NCBI GenBank assembly: GCA_947627245.1
Contig: CANQVH010000010.1
Location: 7,672 to 71,671, forward strand
Reading direction: 5' to 3'
DNA: 64,000 nt
From: an uncultured Lachnospiraceae bacterium
GTDB lineage: Bacteria; Bacillota; Clostridia; Lachnospirales; Lachnospiraceae
Both the position numbers and the translations under genes were made by a program. The notes under the pieces are model-generated. The model searched no databases. It saw only the letters and a program-made list of their open reading frames with translations, and was not told the DNA's origin. Below are positions 56,779 to 64,000 of the stretch, piece by piece (position 1 is the stretch's first letter; every line of letters begins with the position of its first letter).

Positions 56779-57897
56779 ATGTCTGATAAAGTTTTGACTG
56801 TTTCCATCGCCGCCTACAACATGGAGGTGTATTTGCGCCAGACGTTGGACTCTCTGATCGACGAGCGTGTGATCGATGATTTGGAAGTATTTGTCGTGGA
56901 CGATGGAAGTACGGATCGAACGCTGGAGATTGCGCAAGAGTATGCTGCCAAGTATCCCCATTCCATTTTTGCGATCCACAAGGAAAACGGCGGCTACGGC
57001 ACGACCGTCAACTACAGCATCGCCCATGCGACGGGGAAATATTTTAAGCTGCTGGACGGCGACGACTGGTTTGATACGGAGGAATTGGTCAAGTTGGTCG
57101 CGACACTGCGGGGAATACAGGATGATCTGGTTCTTTTGCCAATTAGATGCGTCTATGAGAACGGAAGAGAGGAAAAGCAGCCTGCGGTGTCACCCCGGGA
57201 CAACATTGGAAACGGGGACGGCGTCATTCTGGATGAAGCATCCATGACGGCTGGGACACATAAGAGAGCCTATCGAACTGAGGTGTTGAAGCGATCCGGC
57301 CTGACGCTCCCGCCGCATCGATTGTATACAGACAGTCTGTATTGCGCTGTTCCGCTTGTGCTCTGTGAAACCGCGAGATATTTTGATATCCCCGTATATT
57401 GCTATCGCCTCGGGCGTGATGGGCAGAGCCTTGATCCGATTACTCGGTATCACCATGCGCAGGATCTCAGATTGCTGATTGAGGATCTGCTTGTTTTTTA
57501 TGTTGAAGCGAAAAGCAGGAAACTGCGCAATCTTACATATCTGGAGCATCAATTAGAATCTGATTATCTACTTTGCCTGTCATCGTACCTTTACGCCCCG
57601 GTTTCGAAGAAGGCGTTAGATCAGATTAAAGAATGTGACAAATATGTGGGTTCGCTCGCTCCGGAAATATCTAAACTTGAGCATACACATGGGCGTAAGA
57701 TCGCTAGCTTTATTAAGCTTTGCCACAAAACAAACTATATGGCTTATTGGCTGTTGAAGCTTGTGCCGGGAGATTTTTATATGCACAATAACAGGAAACT
57801 GACTTTGAGTATAGTAAAGAAAAAATACAGGGGGGGGGTAGCAGGAAATAATCTTCATCGTCCTGTTATCGCGTGCTGCGCAGGTGCTGCGGCATGA
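56779..57897 (+). CDS. Glycosyltransferase family 2 (G9 tract near the 3' end)
   Basis: SIAAYN, VDDGSTD, ENGGYG, LDGDD, Y.YRLGR.GQS. Confidence 0.92.
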   Translation: MSDKVLTVSIAAYNMEVYLRQTLDSLIDERVIDDLEVFVVDDGSTDRTLEIAQEYAAKYPHSIFAIHKENGGYGTTVNYSIAHATGKYFKLLDGDDWFDTEELVKLVATLRGIQDDLVLLPIRCVYENGREEKQPAVSPRDNIGNGDGVILDEASMTAGTHKRAYRTEVLKRSGLTLPPHRLYTDSLYCAVPLVLCETARYFDIPVYCYRLGRDGQSLDPITRYHHAQDLRLLIEDLLVFYVEAKSRKLRNLTYLEHQLESDYLLCLSSYLYAPVSKKALDQIKECDKYVGSLAPEISKLEHTHGRKIASFIKLCHKTNYMAYWLLKLVPGDFYMHNNRKLTLSIVKKKYRGGVAGNNLHRPVIACCAGAAA

Positions 57898-58907
57898 GAG
57901 AGAAAAATCTCACCGTTTCTATCGCTGCCTACAATATGGAAGCGTATTTGCGCCAGACGTTGGACTCCCTGATCGACGAGCGCGTGATCGATGATTTGGA
58001 AGTGTTCGTCGTGGACGACGGCAGTACGGATCGGACGCTGGAGATCGCGCAAGAGTATGCTGCCAAGTATCCCAATTCTATCTTCGCGGTTCACAAGGAA
58101 AACGGCGGCTACGGCACGACCGTCAACTACAGCATCGCCCATGCGACGGGGAAGTATTTTAAGCTGTTGGACGGCGACGACTGGTTTGATACAGAGGAAT
58201 TGGTCAAGCTGGTCACAGCGCTGAGGGGACTGGATGACGATGTCGTGTATACTTCTGTTCGGGCTGCCTATTCGGATGGAACTTTTCGATATGTGAATGG
58301 GATCGGCAATCCGAGCGAAACGTCCAAGGTAGGAAAGGTTGTTCCGCTGGAGGATATTAAAACCTTCCCCGGCATCCATGGCACTTTCTATAAGACGGAG
58401 ATTTTGCGAAAAGCCGATCTGAATCTCCCGGCGCACCGACTGTATACGGATACGTTCTATAACGATATCCCACCGGCTTTCTGCGAGAATGCACGATTCT
58501 TTGATTTTTGCGTGGAGAATAGGCGTCTTGAACGAGATGGGCAAAGTACTACCCGGCAGTCGCTGGTGTCCCATGCCGACGAATTGAAACAAAATGTCGA
58601 GGATTTGCTCTATTTCTATGAAAGTGCCAAGGGAAAGAATCTTCGTCATATGACTGTTGTGAAAAGGCGTATCCAGTTTGACTATGCATTCGGGATTAAG
58701 ATGATCCTCTTGGCTCCAATTTCAAGGGAATCCCTGTGTCGCTTCCGGGCCTATGAGCGGGAGCTTGGATCGATCTCCCGGGATATTTATAGCCTAGACG
58801 AGATTTCCACTAAACCAGCTCTCTTTATTAAGCTCTGCCGCAAAACGAACTATCTTGCATATTGGCTGCTCAAGCTGATTCCCGGTGGTTGGCCGTTCAG
58901 GATCTAA
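57894..58907 (+). CDS. Glycosyltransferase family 2, paralog of the preceding gene
   Basis: First ~105 aa nearly identical to the 56779 gene; ATGA overlap. Confidence 0.92.
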   Translation: MREKNLTVSIAAYNMEAYLRQTLDSLIDERVIDDLEVFVVDDGSTDRTLEIAQEYAAKYPNSIFAVHKENGGYGTTVNYSIAHATGKYFKLLDGDDWFDTEELVKLVTALRGLDDDVVYTSVRAAYSDGTFRYVNGIGNPSETSKVGKVVPLEDIKTFPGIHGTFYKTEILRKADLNLPAHRLYTDTFYNDIPPAFCENARFFDFCVENRRLERDGQSTTRQSLVSHADELKQNVEDLLYFYESAKGKNLRHMTVVKRRIQFDYAFGIKMILLAPISRESLCRFRAYERELGSISRDIYSLDEISTKPALFIKLCRKTNYLAYWLLKLIPGGWPFRI

Positions 58908-58995
58908 GGGATTCCCGGATGGGAGGATCAGATACCGCACTCTTTCGGGAAATATGCGGATAGATATACGAGCGGTATTTTTCAGGAGGAAGCCG

Positions 58996-60249
58996 ATGAA
59001 TCAAGCTCTGATAAAACATCCAAAACAGTTTCAGCTAAATAGAAAGGATGCCGCCTATTGGCTGTTTTTGGTTTTGATGACGCTGCCGCATCTTGAGCCG
59101 TTGTATCTGGATACATTTCCAAGTATTGGAATGATCTTTACTCTGATGAAGGCAGCGACACTTTTGATCATGTGTTTCTGTTTTTTGCTAACTAGAAGAA
59201 AGATCTCCTATGTAATTCTTTTGACAGTAGCATGGCGTGGAGTGCTTGTGCTGAGTACCGTCTTGCACGATGGACAGGTTTATGGTTCTATAGCTTCATC
59301 CCTCTCCATTTTGAGTGTGATGTTGCTCTATGAGTTGACATATACTCAAAAAAACACGACGTTCTTATCCGCGCAACTTTTCTGCTTTGAAATTGTTATT
59401 TATATTAATTTCATTACTGAACTAATCTTTCCAAACGGAATGTATCTTAACGAAACGTTTCCGTATGGGCCAAACTGGTTTTTGGGATATTACAACTCGT
59501 ATACAGTGTACTGTATCCCGGCGTTAATGTTTGCTTGGCTATATAAAGAGAAAACTGATAAAAAATTTCGGACATATTTTCTGACTGTAATCATCATTGC
59601 ATCGGATATAGTAGTTTTTGCTGGCGGGTTTACGATGGCACTTGCCAGTATGGGGATTGTCTATATTTTCTTTAAAGGCAGAACAAGGATCTTCAATTAT
59701 ATTAATTATTGGATGCTCCATATTATCTTTTTGGTGTTTATCATTGTGCTGAAACTGCAAAACTTGTTTTTTGTGCTGTTAAATGATATTTTGGGCAAAT
59801 GGTCTTCCCTATTGAGCCGCATGAATATATGGGATCAAACATTTAGGTTCATTTTCAAATCTCCTTGGATTGGGTATGGGTCGCAAGAGAAGACGAGAAG
59901 ATTAATGGAATTTCATTCAAATTGGATGATACATTCTCATAATATGTTTCTTGAAATGCTTTATCAGGTTGGTATCATCGGATTGATTTTGTTTGCTGCT
60001 GTTGTAATTGTAGCTGGAAGAAATTTGATGAAGCATCGCGATACAAATGAAAGCAAAATAATTGCCACAGCGTTTTTGGGTTGGTGCATCTGTACATTGG
60101 TGGAGCCTTTTACATCTTCTTTCCTGATGGGGATGTTCGTGATCGCATACCATAGTAATAGCGAACTAGCGGGCAATCGACAGCCCTGCAGGAAAAGAAT
60201 AAAAAGAAGGATCGGTTTTGGTCGATCCTTCAAAGGACAAAATGCTTGA
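58996..60249 (+). CDS. O-antigen ligase / Wzy-type polymerase family membrane protein
   Basis: Multi-TM; R..IW, PWIGYG, HSHN.FLE.LYQ.GIIG; AGGAGG RBS. Confidence 0.8.
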   Translation: MNQALIKHPKQFQLNRKDAAYWLFLVLMTLPHLEPLYLDTFPSIGMIFTLMKAATLLIMCFCFLLTRRKISYVILLTVAWRGVLVLSTVLHDGQVYGSIASSLSILSVMLLYELTYTQKNTTFLSAQLFCFEIVIYINFITELIFPNGMYLNETFPYGPNWFLGYYNSYTVYCIPALMFAWLYKEKTDKKFRTYFLTVIIIASDIVVFAGGFTMALASMGIVYIFFKGRTRIFNYINYWMLHIIFLVFIIVLKLQNLFFVLLNDILGKWSSLLSRMNIWDQTFRFIFKSPWIGYGSQEKTRRLMEFHSNWMIHSHNMFLEMLYQVGIIGLILFAAVVIVAGRNLMKHRDTNESKIIATAFLGWCICTLVEPFTSSFLMGMFVIAYHSNSELAGNRQPCRKRIKRRIGFGRSFKGQNA

Positions 60250-60257
60250 TGTAGCTG

Positions 60258-61184
60258 TTAGCGTGAGATTGCCGTCTCGAGTTCACGGATGCGGGCTCTC
60301 AGTTTTTCATTTTCATCAGAAAGTGTGGCATTATCTTTTTCTTGAGTGGCAATGGTTTTCTGAGCCTCGGCATATTTGTCTTCCAATTCCTCAAGCTGGA
60401 AGATGTATTTGTCATTTGGCAGGCGCAGAGCACCGGGTAAGAGTGGTCGCATGGTATAGTCGCCTCCTTTTTTCCTGTAGTGCAGGATGATTTGATCGTA
60501 TAGCTGTCCGGCAGTATCACAGAGCTTTAGCATGTCGGTATATGAGATATTTCCGGCAGAGTAGTTCAGATTTATTGCTTTTATTATATCAGATTCTATG
60601 GACTCAATCAACCGGTCGCATTCATTTTTGTCAAGCCGTTTCAGATGTCCGCGTTTGTCGAAGAGGAAGGAGCGCAGGCGCAGCACTTGGAAGGGGATCA
60701 GCACAATGAGCTTCTTCTGCAGAATCTCCGCGGAGCTTTGCCGCAGATAGACAATGTTCCGCACACGGTAGTCGATGGAGCCCAGTCCTTGAAAATGAAT
60801 ATGTAAAACATCCTCGGGAGGGATGTCGTCACGGTCGCTCAGATAAATGACGACCGGCTCAGGGAATTCCAGACAGAGACTGCCGTCCCGGCGTGATTCC
60901 AGCGCATGATGAAAGCCATACTCGAATACACGGACAACGATGTCGTTGCTGTAGGACATCTGGGCCTCAAGATGGTAATGGAACCGTCCGCCAATCAGGA
61001 CAAAGACGTCGGCAAAGCGGTGCCGCAGGGAGGCATTTGTGGATTCTCGGTTGGTGTAGACAACGCTGCTGTCAGGCGGGTGGTTCGTACCGAAGAGGCC
61101 GTTGATGAGGTTGATGACAGCGGCATTTGAAAGCGAGAAAAGACGTTTGAACGCGCGGTCAAAGATTTGTCTGAGTTCTTCCAA
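60258..61184 (-). CDS. Rpn/YhgA-like PD-(D/E)XK nuclease, copy 1
   Basis: FDRAFKRLF, FADVFV, HLEAQ, RVFEYG, VVIYL; C-terminal coiled coil. Confidence 0.75.
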   Translation of the reverse strand: MEELRQIFDRAFKRLFSLSNAAVINLINGLFGTNHPPDSSVVYTNRESTNASLRHRFADVFVLIGGRFHYHLEAQMSYSNDIVVRVFEYGFHHALESRRDGSLCLEFPEPVVIYLSDRDDIPPEDVLHIHFQGLGSIDYRVRNIVYLRQSSAEILQKKLIVLIPFQVLRLRSFLFDKRGHLKRLDKNECDRLIESIESDIIKAINLNYSAGNISYTDMLKLCDTAGQLYDQIILHYRKKGGDYTMRPLLPGALRLPNDKYIFQLEELEDKYAEAQKTIATQEKDNATLSDENEKLRARIRELETAISR

Positions 61185-61349
61185 TAAATCAGCTCCTTTC
61201 TACTGTAATGGAAGATGGGATATCTGGGAAAAGAGAAAATGCATGGGGAAAGATATAATATGAACGTAAGTATATACAATATATGATTAAATATAGTATA
61301 CATGAATTATATAAAAAGTCAAGTTTTTTGTTGCGAGGAGGTTTGTGGT

Positions 61350-61496
61350 ATGAATGCGCAAGTGAAAAGCTGCAACAGGGAGATTGTCTATAGTGCTCCT
61401 GTTATGAAAGATTATGCTTATGGGTGGAAGCTCTACCGAAAATACAAGCGGATCAGTCAGGATTCATATCTGACCGGTTCTCAGTACAGGGTGTGA
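61350..61496 (+). pseudogene. Truncated 5' copy of the glycyl-radical enzyme gene
   Basis: MNAQVKSCNREIVYSAPVMKDYAYG... matches the start at 62863, then stops. Confidence 0.8.
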
Positions 61497-61549
61497 AAAT
61501 ATGAATCAGATAAGAAAACATAGCAATGTGATTTGTATCAATAGGAAGG

Positions 61550-61744
61550 ATGCTCATTGCAACGGCCTTTCTGGATTGGTGCGTTGCAGCGCTGGTGGAG
61601 CCATTTACATCTTCTTTCCTGATGGGCATGTTCGTGATCGCCTACCATAGCAACAGCAAATTGGCGGGCAATCGACAGCCCTGCAGGAAAAGAATAAGAA
61701 TAAGGACCGGTAAAGACCGATCCTTCAGAGTACAAAATCCCTGA
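61550..61744 (+). pseudogene. 3' fragment of a second wzy/ligase allele
   Basis: IATAFL.WC...LVEPFTSSFLMGMFVIAYHSNS matches the C-terminus of the 58996 gene. Confidence 0.8.
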
Positions 61745-61752
61745 TGTAGCTG

Positions 61753-62700
61753 TTAGCGTGAGATTGCCGTTTCGAGTTCACGGATGCGGGCTTTCAGCTT
61801 TTCAATTTCATCAGAAAGTGTGGCATTGTCTTTTTCTTGAGTAGCGATGGTTTTTCCCTGAGTGGCGATGGTTTTCTGAGCCTCGGCATATTTGTCTTCC
61901 AATTCCTCGAGCTGGAAAATGTATTTGTCATTTGGCAGGCGCAGGGCGCCGGGTAAGAGTGGTCGCATGGTATAGTCGCCTCCTTTTTTCCTGTAGTGCA
62001 GGATGATTTGATCGTATAATTGTCCGGCAGTATCACAGAGCTTTAGCATGTCGGTATATGAGATATTTCCGGCAGAGTAGTTCAGATTTATTGCTTTTAT
62101 TATATCAGATTCTATGGACTCAATCAACCGGTCGCATTCATTTTTGTCAAGCCGTTTCAGATGTCCGCGTTTGTCGAAGAGGAAGGAGCGCAGGCGCAGC
62201 ACTTGGAAGGGGATCAGCACAATGAGCTTCTTCTGCAGAATCTCCGCGGAGCTTTGCCGCAGATAGACAATGTTCCGCACACGGTAGTCGATGGAGCCCA
62301 GTCCTTGAAAATGAATATGTAAAACATCCTCGGGAGGGATGTCGTCACGGTCGCTCAGATAAATGACGACCGGCTCGGGGAATTCCAGACAGAGACTGCC
62401 GTCCCGGCGTGATTCCAGCGCATGATGAAAGCCATACTCGAATACACGGACAATGATATCATTGCTGTAGGACATCTGGGCCTCGAGATGGTAGTGGAAC
62501 CGTCCGCCAATCAGGACAAAGACGTCGGCAAAGCGATGCCGCAGGGAGGCATTTGTGGATTCTCGGTTGGTGTAGACAACGCTGCTGTCAGGTGGGTGGT
62601 CCGTACCGAAGAGGCCGTTGATGAGGCTGATGACAGCGGCATTTGAAAGCGAGAAAAGACGTTTGAAAGCGCGGTCAAAGATTTGTCTGAGTTCTTCCAA
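61753..62700 (-). CDS. Rpn/YhgA-like PD-(D/E)XK nuclease, copy 2 (one extra 7-aa repeat)
   Basis: Near-identical to copy 1; KTIATQG insertion; AAAGGAG RBS before TTG. Confidence 0.75.
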   Translation of the reverse strand: MEELRQIFDRAFKRLFSLSNAAVISLINGLFGTDHPPDSSVVYTNRESTNASLRHRFADVFVLIGGRFHYHLEAQMSYSNDIIVRVFEYGFHHALESRRDGSLCLEFPEPVVIYLSDRDDIPPEDVLHIHFQGLGSIDYRVRNIVYLRQSSAEILQKKLIVLIPFQVLRLRSFLFDKRGHLKRLDKNECDRLIESIESDIIKAINLNYSAGNISYTDMLKLCDTAGQLYDQIILHYRKKGGDYTMRPLLPGALRLPNDKYIFQLEELEDKYAEAQKTIATQGKTIATQEKDNATLSDEIEKLKARIRELETAISR

Positions 62701-62862
62701 TAAATCAGCTCCTTTCAGCAATGGAAGATGGGATATCTGGGAAAAGAGAAAATGCGTAGAGAAAGATATAATATGGATATTATTATATATAATAAATGAT
62801 AATTATAGTATACATAGATTGTTGAAAAAGTCAAGTTATTTTGTTGCGAGGAGGTTTGTGGT

Positions 62863-64000
62863 ATGAATGCGCAAGTGAAAAGCTGCATTAGGGAGATTGT
62901 CTATAGTGCTCCTGTTATGAAAGACTATGCTTACGGGCAGAAGCTCTACCGAAAATATAAACGGATCAGCAAGGATTCAAATTTAGCCGGGTTTCTGCTG
63001 GCGAACGGTTCCCGTTTTTACTATTGCCCGAAGTCGGCGAGCAAGGCGGAGCAGATCGCCCGTCTGCTCCGGCGCGTGGACATACAGCCTGTGGAAAACA
63101 GCAGCTTTTTCTATTCATTGGATTGTTATAAAACGCTGGGAAACCGCCATTATGTTTATGGAAATTGTACTGCCGATATTGGAGCGTTGGTAAATGGGAG
63201 CATTGAGGAGCCAGACGGGACGGATCAATTCGCGGGAGAGATACGGGTGCTCGTCAACGCGTTGCGTTCTTATTTGCAGCGGTGTGAACAATTACCGGCA
63301 GCAGCAGAGCGGTACGGCAGACAACTGGATGCTGCCGGGTCTCTTTTTGATCGCCCCGCGGACAGTTTTTTTGAAGCTCTGCAGCGCATCCTCTTTTATA
63401 ACCAGTTCCTCTGGCAGACGGGACACACTCTTGTTGGCCTCGGACATTTAGACTGGATACTGGAAGAGCTGTATAAACGGGATATTGAAAAGTGTGTGCT
63501 GACCAGAGAGGGCGCGAAGGAGCTGCTGAAGGATTTTTTCCGTGCGCTGCATGAGTATTACTGGTTCAAAAGCGCGGGGCTTATGGGGGATACCGGGCAG
63601 ATCGTCAGCCTCGGTGGGCGGGATTCGGATGGAAAGTACCGCTGCAATGATTTGACATACCTCTTTATTGAGGTCTCCGAAGAATTGCGGATGCCCGACC
63701 CAAAGGTACTGTTGCGCTGCACGGCAGACATGCCGGAGGAGCTTCTGGCGGCGGCGGTGGACTGTATCGCCACGGGCATCGGGGCGCCTCTGTTGTCCAA
63801 TGACGACACCATTATCCCGGCCATGATAAGCTGCGGTTATGAGAAAGCGGATGTCTATAACTACGGGACATCTGCCTGCTGGGAACCGCTGATGCCGGGC
63901 ATAAGCTGCGAGGCGAATAATGTTGCTTCTTTGAATTTCGCGGAGCCGTTTACAAAGATGCTTTCCGCGCCGCGTTTTGCTGAGATCAAATCGGTGGAGG
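62863..64000 (+). CDS. Glycyl-radical enzyme (PFL-like family), 3' truncated by window; absent from the ORF track
   Basis: Frame translated manually and open to the end: F.EALQ.I.F, GLGHLD.IL..LY..D, LGG.D.DG...CNDLTYLF, PDPK..LR, P.L.ND, SACWEP; GAGGAGG RBS. Confidence 0.85.
   Translation, partial: MNAQVKSCIREIVYSAPVMKDYAYGQKLYRKYKRISKDSNLAGFLLANGSRFYYCPKSASKAEQIARLLRRVDIQPVENSSFFYSLDCYKTLGNRHYVYGNCTADIGALVNGSIEEPDGTDQFAGEIRVLVNALRSYLQRCEQLPAAAERYGRQLDAAGSLFDRPADSFFEALQRILFYNQFLWQTGHTLVGLGHLDWILEELYKRDIEKCVLTREGAKELLKDFFRALHEYYWFKSAGLMGDTGQIVSLGGRDSDGKYRCNDLTYLFIEVSEELRMPDPKVLLRCTADMPEELLAAAVDCIATGIGAPLLSNDDTIIPAMISCGYEKADVYNYGTSACWEPLMPGISCEANNVASLNFAEPFTKMLSAPRFAEIKSVE

Larger units (their letters stand above)
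60061..62998. repeat. Imperfect direct duplication of about 1.4-1.5 kb (about 60061-61485 and 61556-62998)
   Basis: Each unit is wzy 3' end + Rpn-like gene + promoter region + 5' end of the GRE gene. Confidence 0.9.

Overview
The window is chromosomal DNA from a Firmicute, most likely Lachnospiraceae/Clostridiales judging from gene content and sigma-A/RBS signals. Bases 1-37 kb are mostly housekeeping: CCA-enzyme end, NUDIX, EamA, radical SAM, rlmD, iscS-thiI, mtaB, ireB-ruvX-rnj, a Cys-type amino-acid ABC transporter and livJHMGF. This stretch is interrupted by an AT-rich island after rlmD (esterase plus a HindIII-like restriction-modification operon with a LexA-type box inside its promoter), a WYL / hydrolase-YunG / DnaB-fusion cluster, and a small non-coding IS/MITE-like scar. 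From 37 kb onward come a RelE/HigA-type toxin-antitoxin pair, an XRE regulator, and a large surface-polysaccharide (EPS/capsule) locus. The strongest signal is a candidate self-inverting promoter switch at 38394-39949. An intact tyrosine recombinase gene lies between two perfectly inverted 27-bp loxP-like sites (10-bp arms, identical asymmetric 7-bp core). The segment carries a consensus sigma-A promoter that currently fires away from the EPS locus into a terminator, and would face the operon after inversion. The locus also has poly-G tracts (one frameshifting a gene, one setting a gene overlap), paralogous GT2 genes with shared 5' ends, a duplicated Rpn-like nuclease with an internal RBS/ATG, and a glycyl-radical enzyme that runs off the window. 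All annotations come from motif recognition by eye; no database searches were run.
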